DNA of 64,000 nt, taken from positions 3,392 to 67,391 of IMG/VR virus record IMGVR_UViG_3300015371_000026, one strand, 5' to 3'. Made by a program: the position numbers and the translations under genes. Positions 39,597 through 49,958 of the stretch are shown here, piece by piece (within the stretch, counting starts at the first letter, position 1; every line of letters starts with the position of its first letter). Under the pieces are notes generated by a model. It was given only the letters and a program-made list of their open reading frames with translations. It did no database searches and was not told the origin of the DNA. The stretch is from a virus.

Positions 39597-40058
39597 ATGT
39601 ACGGGGTCTACTGGCTAGCGGCGCTCCGCTTCAGCGACACGATCACTCTCGGCAGCATCATCGTCGGGCTGCTACTCGGCGTAACCGGGCTGGCTGTGTT
39701 CGCGTACGGCGCGCGATGGAAGGCCGCATACGAGACGGAGCGAGTAACAGCCAAATCGCTGGAGGAGGGGAGGCTCGCCTTTCAGCAGCGCAGCGAGCGC
39801 GTCGAGGCCGATCTACGCGAAGCGCTCGAACAGGCGCTCGATCTGCGCGCGAGGATCAAACAGCTAGAGCAGGCAACTGATCTGACTGGAGCGGTGGAGC
39901 AGATGCACGCCGAGCACCACGAGATCCTCTTGAAGATCGAGAACCTGACGCAGGTGCTGCGCGTTATCGAGAGCAGGTTCCCGATGCAGGAGCGCAGAGC
40001 TGGCGACGACGCGCCCGGGCACCCTCGACGCAGAGAGATGGACGGGGACGATCACTAA
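39597..40058 (+). CDS. Membrane-anchored coiled-coil lysis-region protein
   Basis: One TM segment then heptad pattern. Confidence 0.6.
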   Translation: MYGVYWLAALRFSDTITLGSIIVGLLLGVTGLAVFAYGARWKAAYETERVTAKSLEEGRLAFQQRSERVEADLREALEQALDLRARIKQLEQATDLTGAVEQMHAEHHEILLKIENLTQVLRVIESRFPMQERRAGDDAPGHPRRREMDGDDH

Positions 40059-40080
40059 CAGCAAAGAAAGGAGCGCAGGC

Positions 40081-40308
40081 ATGGGCAACCTAGTGCAGTT
40101 GTGGAAGACGAGCCCGGTGCTGCGGTTCGTCGTGCGTACAGTCGTCGTGGCTGTCGCTGGCTACATCGTCGCGTCGCTGAAGGAGGGCATCACCGACTGG
40201 CGCTCGTTCGTCGGCGGCGCGCTGACAGCGGCGATCACCGCGCTCGTCGGGCTGGTGACTCCGGTCGAGCCGAAGGTCGGGCCGGTCAAGACAGAGGTCT
40301 CCGGCTGA
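40081..40308 (+). CDS. Holin-like 2-TM protein
   Basis: Two hydrophobic helices; near the endolysin; AAGGAG RBS. Confidence 0.65.
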   Translation: MGNLVQLWKTSPVLRFVVRTVVVAVAGYIVASLKEGITDWRSFVGGALTAAITALVGLVTPVEPKVGPVKTEVSG

Positions 40309-40627
40309 AGAAAGGCGTGGCGTGCCGGAGACGACAACTCGTCTTGAGCCCGTCCAGACGTACCGGCAGCGGGTGCTGCGCGAGCTGGGGTTCACGCAGC
40401 GCGAGCGCTCGTCGCTGCTCGCCAGGATCGAGCGGGGCGAGCTACGCCTCGAGGACGTGCGCCAGGCAGTCGAGCGGGGCTGCTCGCTAGGTCTCGCGTA
40501 CCGGATCTATCGCTAAAGCACCCGCGGACAGCTGCCACCCGGCCGAGGCGCTCGCGTAGGGTAGGCCCCTGGCGTCTCCGACGGGGGGCAGGCCGAGAAC
40601 CGTTCCTACGAAGGAAAGGAGCAGGAC

Positions 40628-41086
40628 GTGGACGAAACGACCACAGACCGGCCGGAGGATGAGCAGCCCCTTCCGGACGCGCCGCCGCCGAACCCGGAGC
40701 CGGTCGAGCCGAAGGAGCCCGAGCCGAACGTCGAGCCAGCGCCGGACGAGCCGAAGGAGCCCGAGCCGAACGTCGACCCGGCGCCGGACGACCAGCAGCC
40801 TAAAGCGTCTTCGGGCGTCGAGCCGCATCCCGTCCACTCAGACGCACCAGCTGCTGCGACGTCGCCGTACGACACCACCCCCGAGGGAGGGTCGCAGGCG
40901 CTTCGAGGCGTCTCGGACGCGTTCCCGGGGAACGACTCCGCGCTCGACTACGCGCGATCGCTGATGGCCGATCCGGAGATCGACGCGCCTGACGGGCTCA
41001 CGTACGACGACGCGCGCACGATCCGCGAGACTGTGCTCGGGCGGCGCGCCGTAGACCAGCTCGGGTACCCGGTCGAGTCCGTCTGA
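40628..41086 (+). CDS. Acidic Pro/Glu-repeat protein
   Basis: EPKEPEPNV(E/D)PAPD x2 (42-bp period); AAGGAG RBS. Confidence 0.6.
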   Translation: MDETTTDRPEDEQPLPDAPPPNPEPVEPKEPEPNVEPAPDEPKEPEPNVDPAPDDQQPKASSGVEPHPVHSDAPAAATSPYDTTPEGGSQALRGVSDAFPGNDSALDYARSLMADPEIDAPDGLTYDDARTIRETVLGRRAVDQLGYPVESV

Positions 41087-41092
41087 CGGCAT

Positions 41093-41135
41093 AAAAAAAG
41101 GCGCCCCCAGCCCGCTTTCGGGCCAGGGGCGCTTT
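41093..41135. terminator. Terminator between convergent operons
   Basis: A7-GGCGCCCC...GGGGCGC-TTT hairpin. Confidence 0.7.
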
Positions 41136-41142
41136 CCTTCGA

Positions 41143-41349
41143 TCAGGTGGTGACCTCGTCGGCATCACGCATCTTTCTCTGGATGTACTGGCGAATGTCC
41201 TCGCGCAGATACGCCTGGATCGCACGACGCGTGTGCCAGGCGATCGGAAGATCCGTGTCCTGCGCGAGTCGAACGAGCGCCTTGTGGTCGGCGTCGTCAA
41301 CGTCGGTCCGGACAGGATGCCGCTTGAGGTCTCGCTGTAGCTTCGTCAT
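41143..41349 (-). CDS. Ribbon-helix-helix DNA-binding protein
   Basis: VRTDVDDADHKALVRLA..IAWHTRRAIQAYL. Confidence 0.65.
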   Translation of the reverse strand: MTKLQRDLKRHPVRTDVDDADHKALVRLAQDTDLPIAWHTRRAIQAYLREDIRQYIQRKMRDADEVTT

Positions 41350-42330
41350 CTAGTTCTCCTTTCTGCGATGGACAGGCCTGCCGATCCAGGGCGCACCAGG
41401 CGGGCCCTTCACGTACGGTTCGATGTACGTCGCTGGTCGCGGGCTGTGTCTATGTTCTCGACACGTGCACAGCGACTCACCTCCGTCGATGTGTCGCCAG
41501 TGGCCCGAAACGAGCCAGCGAACGTGGTACGTCCGACCGGCACCAGTCTGCGGCTGCTCGCCCGCGTACGTCAGGTCGACGTAGTACAGTTTCGGCATCC
41601 GTGGTGCCCAGCGCTCGCGCTCGATCCGCTTACGCTGATGTCTCGGGAGCGTGATCTCCCGCTTCGGCACAGATCGAGCTGTGATCAGATGCGCACCGTT
41701 CACCGCTAGCTGAAGCAGCGCGTGAAGGTGCCCGTCGTGCCAGTCGCCCGATACCTTCCGCGGGCTGATGATCTCGTTCGGCGTTAGATGAAACGCCATC
41801 GTGATCATCGAGCGCGAGATAGGGACGGGCTTCTGACGTCTCTCGACGATCTCTGTGGTTCGCTGAAACGGCACGAAGATCTGCCATTCCTGACCTCTGA
41901 CGACCTCGTTGATCGCGACGCCGAGCACGTCGATCACGTCGCGTGAGCCGTCGTCGTTCTCGTCGAGCCAGCTGGTGTACATACCAGGCTGGACGCTTCC
42001 GTCGTCGTACGTGTGCTGCGTCTCGATCCAGATACGTCGAAACGGCAGCGGCGGAAACGACGGGAGCGCCGGAGGCATAGACTCGATCGCCTCGTACGTC
42101 TGCTCTTGATCGACGATGTAGTAGCTCGCTGTTCGCAGCATGGCGTATAGCCCTTCGTGCCAGCTGCTCGCCTCCTCGAGCGTCGGCACCCACATCGGGT
42201 CGAGTGCCTGGGTCACGATCCCCTCGTCGACCGGTGTTCGCTCATGCATCACCTGAAGCAGGAGATGGGCGGCGAGTAGACGCTCGCCGCCCGGCCCTGC
42301 TCCGGCAGCGGGTGCGTGTTCGCTAGCCAC
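41350..42330 (-). CDS. Conserved phage protein (VxGHWR...PYVKGP)
   Basis: RWLVSGHWR, YIEPYVKGPPGAP. Confidence 0.6.
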   Translation of the reverse strand: MASEHAPAAGAGPGGERLLAAHLLLQVMHERTPVDEGIVTQALDPMWVPTLEEASSWHEGLYAMLRTASYYIVDQEQTYEAIESMPPALPSFPPLPFRRIWIETQHTYDDGSVQPGMYTSWLDENDDGSRDVIDVLGVAINEVVRGQEWQIFVPFQRTTEIVERRQKPVPISRSMITMAFHLTPNEIISPRKVSGDWHDGHLHALLQLAVNGAHLITARSVPKREITLPRHQRKRIERERWAPRMPKLYYVDLTYAGEQPQTGAGRTYHVRWLVSGHWRHIDGGESLCTCREHRHSPRPATYIEPYVKGPPGAPWIGRPVHRRKEN

Positions 42331-42856
42331 GGAGGATCACCCGCCAGATCTCGTCGAGCAGCTTCTCCTGCCAGTCATCGTCTGGTACCTCGACGAGTTC
42401 GACGAACAGCTCCATCGGGACGTCGACTGTCGTCTCGTACGCACCTTCCTCGACGTCGCGATCCACCAGCTTGAGATGACCGTGGCAGCGCATGTGCGCG
42501 GCGACGTCCTCTCCCTGCGCGTGCCGATGGATCAGCACTGGCCGCAGGATGTGAAACCCGAACGGGTCGAGTCGCCTGATCGTGTCCGTTTTGAGCTGGC
42601 GGTTGGTAGTCACGCCCTTCCGCCAGAGCCGCGATCGCGATCAGCTCGCGCGTATTCGCGACGCGCGGGCTCAGCGACAGTCCCATTGAGATGTCGTTGG
42701 ACTGTTGTTCGTGCGCTTCTCGTTGCTCCGGCGTTAGGTCGCGCAGGTAGCGCAGTGCCTGCTGTGACTGCTCGATCTGCTCGTCGTCGAGACCGCTGTC
42801 GCGCAGTATCTCGATGAACTCCGGGTCGTCGGGATCTTCGTCGTGGTCGTATGGGT

Positions 42857-43300
42857 TCATCTCCTCACCTCCGATCTCTCGATCTGACCATCCGGCCAGA
42901 CGATCGCGTGCTCGCGCCCGACCTTGCGCGCGTACCTGATCGTCGCCCACGTCCCCGAGCGCTGCTCCTCGCGATCGAGATGCGGCGTCGTGAACAGAAC
43001 GTGGCAGACGTCGACGATGTCGCGGTTACGGTCGAGCGGCGGAAGCCCGCGCAGGACTCGCTCGCCCTCGATCTTCTCCGCGATCTTGCGCGGGTCGACA
43101 CCGACGGCTGGATGGCGCACCAGCTTGTACCCGAGCCAGCGCGCCAGCGCAGCCGCCTCTTGGTCGGCCCCGACACACCCGCCGTGGTGGAACTCGTCCA
43201 CGTACGGCGTGACGAGCGTGTCGTCGAGCAGCGTGACGAGCGCCTGTCGTTGGGCATGGGTCGTGCCCGCGCTCGTCCCGCTGAAGCCGACGATGACCAT
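42857..43300 (-). CDS. SLOG/DprA-like nucleotide-binding protein
   Basis: VGFSGT, FHHGGCVGAD, RNRDIV, SGTWATIRYA. Confidence 0.7.
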   Translation of the reverse strand: MVIVGFSGTSAGTTHAQRQALVTLLDDTLVTPYVDEFHHGGCVGADQEAAALARWLGYKLVRHPAVGVDPRKIAEKIEGERVLRGLPPLDRNRDIVDVCHVLFTTPHLDREEQRSGTWATIRYARKVGREHAIVWPDGQIERSEVRR

Positions 43301-43301
43301 G

Positions 43302-43502
43302 TCAGCTCACCTCCACCCAGCGCATGCACGTCTGAAGGAGATGGTCGTAGTCGCCGTTCGTGGCCTCGGCCATGAACTCGTCACGCTCATCCTTCGACAC
43401 ACCGGCGCGCCTCATCGCACCGGTGACGTTCCCGAGAATCGCGAACGCGTTCCCGTCTTTGCCGCTCAGCTGCACCTCGATCTCTGGGTGCCTGACTTCC
43501 AT
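43302..43502 (-). CDS. Conserved small phage protein
   Basis: LSGKDGNAFAILG..ATNGDYDHLL. Confidence 0.7.
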   Translation of the reverse strand: MEVRHPEIEVQLSGKDGNAFAILGNVTGAMRRAGVSKDERDEFMAEATNGDYDHLLQTCMRWVEVS

Positions 43503-43738
43503 CGTTCTCACCTCTTTCTGTCGGACGTCGCGCTGATTAGCTCGACGCCTGTGTCGTACGACTGCAGCTCGCACTGGATCTGGGCCGCCTGGCGTCCTAG
43601 CTCGAACGCGTCCTCGCCCTCCAGCTCGTAGACGATCGTCCCCTCGTGATCCATCGAGACGATGCGCCCATAGCCGGTAAGTACCTGCGCAAGCTGCTGG
43701 ATCGTGTTGCTCTTGACCAGCACAGTTCGCTTCATAGC

Positions 43739-44203
43739 TCACCTCTTTCTGTTCGCGACGCCGTACTGCCAAGCGCGTCGCATCATCGTGTACCCGATCG
43801 GGCCCGCGACCTGTGAACGATCAGCGATCGCGGTGCCCAGATGAAGCAGCTGACTGTCGTCGATCCTCGACAGCGAGCCTGCGAGCGTTTTCCCGAGCGT
43901 CCCGTTCAGCATCTGCTCGCCGTCAGACGAGAGACGCCACGTGCCCTGGTCGCGCTCGTGTCGCTCGACGACGCCGAAGCGCCGCATCCACGACAATCTG
44001 ACGCCGACGCAGCGCACCGCGTGGACGCGCCGGTCGTCGTCAGACATGATCCCGCTTCCGAACGCCTTGACGGCGACGTCTAGGTTGGTCGCCCAGCCGT
44101 CACCGTCGCCGACGTCGACGATCAGCCCGAGCAGATCGCGGTCGCTGTACGCCGCGAGCCGCAGACTTTCCTCTCGACGCACTCGTCTAGGACTTCGCGC
44201 CAT
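43739..44203 (-). CDS. Winged-helix-like protein
   Basis: RLSWMRRFGVVER..WRLS; array RBS. Confidence 0.5.
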   Translation of the reverse strand: MARSPRRVRREESLRLAAYSDRDLLGLIVDVGDGDGWATNLDVAVKAFGSGIMSDDDRRVHAVRCVGVRLSWMRRFGVVERHERDQGTWRLSSDGEQMLNGTLGKTLAGSLSRIDDSQLLHLGTAIADRSQVAGPIGYTMMRRAWQYGVANRKR

Positions 44204-44660
44204 TGCTGCTCACCTCCTCGTTTGTCCAGAGCGCGTACAGCGGGCGCGTGCCGCGTACACCCTCCATCACACCCGCGCGACGGATCACGTTCCCGTCAGC
44301 GAGCGCTGCTAGCGCACGCCCGACCGATGACGACCCAAGTGCTGGGACGTCTTCTGCGATCCGGCTCGTCCCCGCTGGTTCACCGATCCTGCGCATCGCA
44401 GCGAGGATCTCGTCGACACGCTCGTCGGCGATCCCATCGACTGGGTAGCGCTTCTCTTTGCGCCGTCTCGGCTTCTCACGCTTCGGCTTCTCGCGCGGCG
44501 TCTTCGGCTCTGCGCTTCGCAGCACAGCGTCGAGTGTCTTCATCTGCTCGCGCTTCTCAACGATCTCGCGCTGCAGCACGTCGATCTCGCGTTCGAGCTG
44601 TGCTCGCGCCTCGCGTAGAGGCGCGATCGTCTGCTCGATGATCTGCTGTACGTCTGTCAT
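44187..44660 (-). CDS. Coiled-coil + winged-helix protein
   Basis: N-terminal heptads; SSVGRALAALA.GNVIRR. Confidence 0.55.
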   Translation of the reverse strand: MTDVQQIIEQTIAPLREARAQLEREIDVLQREIVEKREQMKTLDAVLRSAEPKTPREKPKREKPRRRKEKRYPVDGIADERVDEILAAMRRIGEPAGTSRIAEDVPALGSSSVGRALAALADGNVIRRAGVMEGVRGTRPLYALWTNEEVSSNGAKS

Positions 44661-44874
44661 GCCCTCACCTCCGTATCGACGATCTCGCGCATCTTGACGA
44701 CGAGCAGCTTCAGCTCGTCTTCGACAGCCTTGTGATAGTCGGCTCGTCTGAACATCTCGGATCGTCCGATCGGATAATCCGAGTCGTTCGCTTGACGAAC
44801 GAGTCTCGCCGCTTGCTGGCTGTGCACGTGTCGTCGCTCATCGACGACTGTGATCAGCATGTCAGCTAGCTCGC

Positions 44875-45579
44875 TCATGTCACTCCCACCTCCTCGGGTT
44901 CGTCGAGCGTCCGGTCTTCACCGGCGCGCACGACCTTGACCAGCCGGAGCCCGCGCTCCTCGAGCGCGTCCAGCTCCTCCTCGCTCTCGTCGCCCTTGAC
45001 GACGTACTCGACCGCCGTCGGCATGAAGAACGTGATCACGCCGGGTGACTCGGTGTAGCCAGTGCCTCTGCATGCCTCGCAAGCGGGGTCTGGCAGCTCT
45101 GCACCGAACTCGTGGCGCGGGCAGTGACACGTCTGCCGGATCGCTTTCGGATGCGCGAGCGCCACCCAGTGCTCGCCGACCTTGAAGCCGCGCGGCACCG
45201 CCGGGATGCGGCGCGAGACGCCCATGCGGGCAGCCTCGTCCATGAACTCGCGCGGCGTCTTGTAGTACGCCTCGCCGATCCAGATCAGACCAGCACGCTC
45301 GCCCTCGCTCCACTTCTCGCGAAGCATCGGGCCGCCCAGCGGGCAGATCTGGTTGTGTAGCGACGAGCCGTGATCACGCGGCCCAAGCAGCGGATCCGGC
45401 AGGATCCACGTGAAGCCGCGCGACTGCTTCACTCCCTCGCCGCACGTCGGACAGACATGCAGCGGGATCGGCAGCAGCTCGCACGGCTCGCTCAGCTTCC
45501 CGCTGACCATGTACAAGCCGCCGCCCTTGCGATACCCGCACCCGCGAGCACCTTCGACCGATGTGTGTACGGTCGCCAT
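44875..45579 (-). CDS. Cys-rich conserved phage protein
   Basis: RGCGYRKGGGLY, several CxxC, GVSRRI. Confidence 0.65.
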   Translation of the reverse strand: MATVHTSVEGARGCGYRKGGGLYMVSGKLSEPCELLPIPLHVCPTCGEGVKQSRGFTWILPDPLLGPRDHGSSLHNQICPLGGPMLREKWSEGERAGLIWIGEAYYKTPREFMDEAARMGVSRRIPAVPRGFKVGEHWVALAHPKAIRQTCHCPRHEFGAELPDPACEACRGTGYTESPGVITFFMPTAVEYVVKGDESEEELDALEERGLRLVKVVRAGEDRTLDEPEEVGVT

Positions 45580-46215
45580 CTAGCTCACCTCCATGTATGC
45601 GTTCCATCTGTCGATCGGGATTGCTGCTTTCTGACCCGCACGTGCAAGCGCTTCGTACACCTCACGCACGAAGAACTCTGCAAGGTTGCGCGGTCCTTCC
45701 CGATCGAGCACTGGCAGGTTCGCGATCCAGAACATCTGCTCGACTGAGACGTCAATCCAGTCTTCGCCCCAGAACTCAGTCGGTTGACTCAGCAGTTCAG
45801 CGACGTACGACGCTGAGGCCAGTTCGAGCTGAACGAAGTTACGATCAGTCTCGAACGGGTTCGGCGGATCACCGATCAACCCGGTCTGTGCGTAGAAGCG
45901 CGACCCGCCGACGTCGTACTCGTCGTCAGTACCGATCCACAGCTCAGGCTCAGAGCTTGTGAACGCGAATCGTGTTGCGTCGAGCACGCGCCCGTCTGCG
46001 AGTCGCACCCATGAGTGCTGCTGTGCAGCGCCCGAGCCGACGTTGTCGAAGTAGCTCCCGGGCGTGATCTTCCCGAGAAAGTGGCCGCGCTCGACGCGCG
46101 CACCGTCGATCTCCTCTGCGAGCTGTGTGCTGACGCCGTGACATTGTCCCGCCCAGCGTGCACTCGAACCAGCGATCGCTTCTGCTTGCTTCATCGTTAG
46201 TTCGTCGACGTTCAT
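45580..46215 (-). CDS. Hypothetical protein, possible papain/transglutaminase-like Cys-His-Asp fold
   Basis: GQCHG..HSWV..VLDAT. Confidence 0.45.
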   Translation of the reverse strand: MNVDELTMKQAEAIAGSSARWAGQCHGVSTQLAEEIDGARVERGHFLGKITPGSYFDNVGSGAAQQHSWVRLADGRVLDATRFAFTSSEPELWIGTDDEYDVGGSRFYAQTGLIGDPPNPFETDRNFVQLELASASYVAELLSQPTEFWGEDWIDVSVEQMFWIANLPVLDREGPRNLAEFFVREVYEALARAGQKAAIPIDRWNAYMEVS

Positions 46216-46223
46216 CTCTCACC

Positions 46224-46382
46224 TCACTTCCAGAGTCGGTACCAGAAGCCCGCTCGCGCGAGAGTCCGGCCGACCACCTTGTTCTTCGCGCGTCGAGCGA
46301 TCCGCTTCGGATCACCGCTCGACAGCGCCCGCATGTCCGCGCTCAGTCGCGCGGCCTTGAACAGCGCGCTGGTCAGACTCAT
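46224..46382 (-). CDS. Small basic protein (52 aa)
   Basis: MSLTSALFKAARLSAD..GDPKRIARRAKNK; fills the gap with overlaps. Confidence 0.6.
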   Translation of the reverse strand: MSLTSALFKAARLSADMRALSSGDPKRIARRAKNKVVGRTLARAGFWYRLWK

Positions 46383-46817
46383 AGGACCGGCCAGCCTTCC
46401 ATGACGCTCGCGATGTTGGTCTTGAGCGTGTTCTGGCAGACGCCGCAGAGATCAGCGCGCAGCGTCGTCGATCCCAGCTTCAGATGGACGACGTTACTGA
46501 TACGTACGTACTCGCTCGACCCGCCAGCGTCCTTGACCTGCTCGAACTCCTCGCGCGGGATCTCTCGCCCGCACCTGTCACAGTTCATCGTCAACATCTC
46601 TGTCTCGCCTCCCAGCACCTAATGCACTCGCGCTCGCGACGATGCGGCTGACGGGCGACCAGCAACGGTCGACCGTCCTGATCCTCTACGTCGCCGCAGA
46701 CGTCACAGCGCCCGAAGTAGTACTGCGTCGCGTTGCGCTTCCACGCTTCGCGCGCAGCGAGTTCGACTGCGGACATCCTTCTCACCTCCGTACGACATTT
46801 TACCAGACGCGTACGCG

Positions 46818-47591
46818 TTAGCTGTCGGCGTACGTCTTGCGTACCTCGTCCCAGTGGACTACGCCGAGCAGTTTTCGCACCGTCTCGCGCGTCGTCGGCC
46901 AGCCGCGCTCGCGCAGCTCGTCCTTCAGCGCCAGGTACTCGTCCACGGTTGGGAAGTGGCCTAGCCTCTCGCGCGCGTACGCGAGAGCGCTGAGCGCGTC
47001 CTCGCGCGAGTAGCGTCGCCACGCGTCCGGGAGCGGGACGCCAGCCTCGCTGCAGTAGCGCTCCCAGCTCCCGAACCGGCGCACGACGATCTCGCGCATC
47101 GGTCGCAGCCCGCGTCGATCCCACTCGTTCAGCGTCGGCGTGTGCCCGAGTCGTAGCCGCTCGACGCGTAGTCGACCGAGCATCTCCTCGCGCGAGTAAC
47201 GCAGCCGGCGCTCTGAGCGTCCCGACTCTTGGTGATCGGGCTGGATGCAGTTCACCTCTCCGCACGTCGGCCAGACGTCGATCGCTCGCGACAGCTTGAT
47301 CTTCGTCTCGTGCTCGAACAGCCACCTGCGCGGGACGCGCGAGCGTCCGTCGTTACGCACGAACGTGCTCGGCCCGCGCCAGTACAGATGGAGATCCGGC
47401 CCCTGGATCGTCCAGGCGCGGAAGCGCTCCTCCTCGTTACGGATACGCGTCTCTAACGAGTCGGGGTCGCGACCCTCCGCGACTGCCTGCCTGAACCAGT
47501 GCTCGAACAGCTGCACGCGGCGCGACTGGCCCACGGTCGGGTCGAGACTCGCCGCGCGCAGCTCCTTCAGTAGATCGAGCGACGACGTCAT
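46818..47591 (-). CDS. HNH-like protein with two homing-endonuclease-associated repeats
   Basis: CGEVNCIQPDH; YSREE..LGHTPT..EW and YSRED..LGHFPT..EY. Confidence 0.7.
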   Translation of the reverse strand: MTSSLDLLKELRAASLDPTVGQSRRVQLFEHWFRQAVAEGRDPDSLETRIRNEEERFRAWTIQGPDLHLYWRGPSTFVRNDGRSRVPRRWLFEHETKIKLSRAIDVWPTCGEVNCIQPDHQESGRSERRLRYSREEMLGRLRVERLRLGHTPTLNEWDRRGLRPMREIVVRRFGSWERYCSEAGVPLPDAWRRYSREDALSALAYARERLGHFPTVDEYLALKDELRERGWPTTRETVRKLLGVVHWDEVRKTYADS

Positions 47592-48530
47592 CGCGCGAGC
47601 CCGAGCTTGTCCAGCGCGCGGCTCTCCAGCTCCGCGCGCAGCTCGGGCGACAGCTCTGACGGGTCGCCGTACAGGTAGCCGAGCGAACTCTGCTCGCCGC
47701 ACGTCTCGACGGACGTATGGGAGAGGTACCAGTCCAGCGGGCTCTCGACCTCGAGCGTCCTCAGCAGATGAAACACCGAGTAGCTCATCTTCGGGTACTC
47801 GTCGCCGCACATGCGCTGGCGTAGCTCGGCGTTGTACGTCTCTGGCGTGAAGCCGTACTCGGCGAGCACGCGCAGCTTCCAGATCTGATGCGACCGCTCG
47901 ATCAGCGGACCGCAGTCTGCGTCGTAGCCCATCGCGTCGTACGGATCGGGCTGCGTCTCAGCCAGCCAGATTCGGCTAGCCGCCTTGCTCAGATTGTCGG
48001 TAGCACCGAACATCTGACCTCACCTCCTGGTTCGAGTACGCGGATGCGCACTGAGCAACGCCCCACCGCAGGAAGGGCGCTACTCGCTACGTGACCGCGG
48101 TCACAGCTTCGTTCAGCAGCCAGCTCGACGCTCAGCCGCCTGTTCTGCCCACATGTCGTGCATGTCGCGCGCGTCTTCTTCCGAGAGGATTCTCGACGGG
48201 TCGACGCGCGAGAGATCGGGACGACCGCACTTCGGGCACAGCCCGCGGTTCGCCATGTCGCGCTCCATCGTGTGCATCAGCGACGCGTGGTCCTCGTCGT
48301 CGATGATGTTCTCCTGCAGCCACTCGCTATCGAACACGAGTCCCTCGCGCGACGAGCGACCGTCGTCGATCCGGTTATACAGATCCCAGAGCTGGTCGTC
48401 GTAGTCGGCGAACCCGAACAGCTGGCCGCAGCCGCTGCACGGTGTTCCGTGATCGAGGTCTCCGCCGGTTTCGAGCAGCCGTGCGTTGTACCGCTCCTCC
48501 TCGTAGTCGCGCTGTTCGTCGTTGTCCATC

Positions 48531-49058
48531 TCACCTCACTCCTTCCGCCAGCAGCGGGTCGACCGCCGTGGCCGTGTACATCGGACGATACGTCCCGACC
48601 GGCGCGGCGACGCCGATCGGCCCGACCACCATCTCGTACTGGGCCTGTGCCTGCGCTGCGCTCATGCTCCAGTACGTTCGCAGCGACCAGCGCAGCATGA
48701 CGACCGACCCGAGGTCGGCGTTCTGCTCGTCGTGCTCGTTGAACGCCACGTGCCAGAACTCGTGGTACAAGACGCGCGCTGCCGTCGCCCAGGACAACTG
48801 CATGCGCGGGTCGATGTCACCTGGCTTCCCGTGAAGCAGAAGATCAGCCGCCCATCCCGCGAGCGTGATTCCCTGCTTCCGGTCGCCTGCGTACGCGCAG
48901 CTGTTGTCGTAGCTCCACGTGTACACGGGCATGTCCAGCGGCAGTTTCGCTTCGAGCGCGGGCGACTCGACGCGCCCGTACTCATCTGCGTGTGCAGCCT
49001 GTACGCCGCCAGCGAGTGCGAGCGCGACGACGCAGCCGATGACGAGTAGCTTCGTCAT
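48531..49058 (-). CDS. Secreted HExxH protein
   Basis: Signal peptide ending AAHA; VLYHEFWH..E..AD. Confidence 0.55.
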   Translation of the reverse strand: MTKLLVIGCVVALALAGGVQAAHADEYGRVESPALEAKLPLDMPVYTWSYDNSCAYAGDRKQGITLAGWAADLLLHGKPGDIDPRMQLSWATAARVLYHEFWHVAFNEHDEQNADLGSVVMLRWSLRTYWSMSAAQAQAQYEMVVGPIGVAAPVGTYRPMYTATAVDPLLAEGVR

Positions 49059-49078
49059 CTCTCTCACCTCTTCCCTTC

Positions 49079-49143
49079 GGACTCATCGGTGCGGCCAAGT
49101 AGCCGCAGACGCGCGAACGTCTCAGCGCTCGCGCGTTTCGTCC
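49079..49143 (-). ncRNA. Hammerhead ribozyme, type II (CCGAUGA core variant)
   Basis: GGAC GAA ACGCGCGAGCG cugaga CGUUCGCGCGU C UGCGGC uacuug GCCGCA CCGAUGA GUCC; intergenic. Confidence 0.8.
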
Positions 49144-49958
49144 TTAGTAGTCCTCGTCCCAGCGCTCGCCCGCGTAGAGCGGGTCGAAGTCGCTCGGCTG
49201 GAGAACCGGATACCGCTCGTTGATCCGCTCTTGCTCGTCCAGGCGCTCGTCCCAGTGCTTGTCGCATCGCGGGAACTGGCGACCGGTCGGCGACAGCGCC
49301 ATCCTGTACTCGACGGCGCCCTCGCAGCCCTCCGGACCGTCCAGGCATCTCAGCTGCTCATCCATCTCAGCTCACCTCCTCCGCTTCGTCCTCGTCGATC
49401 TCTCCCATGTCGAGCAGCATCGCTGCCGCCTCGTGGACGTCGTCGGCGAGACCGCCCTCGACGAGCGCGTCCGCCTTCTCCTGCGGGGTCATGTCGTCCC
49501 CGTACGCCATCGCTCTCACCTCTCCTCGGGCGGGACGTACTCGTCGTCGAAGCCGTCGCGGAACCCGACAGACGCCATGCAGTCCTCGCACCACTCGGTC
49601 GGAACCGGCGCGTGTCTACGCGCCAGCGCCAGCGACTCATGGGAGCAGACCGCGCCGTGCTCGACGCAGATCGTCTCCCACCTGTTCCACGCGATTCCCT
49701 GTTCACGCGCCTCGGCCCGCTCGAAGTCGTCGACTCCGCGGTCGACGATCTGGACGAGTGTGCCAGTCTCGCGGGCGCGTCTCTCTTGAACTAGCCGCTC
49801 CATCGCTCTCACCTCTCTCGTTGTAAGCGTCTCCCTCGTGGCCGAAGCTACCCCCGACGAACTTATTCAGGGGGCCTCTAGGGCCCGAGCGAGCCAGCTG
49901 CTGGCAGCCGTTTTCGGCCTGCTAGGCCAGGTGCACCGACTACCCCGCGCAGCCTGGC

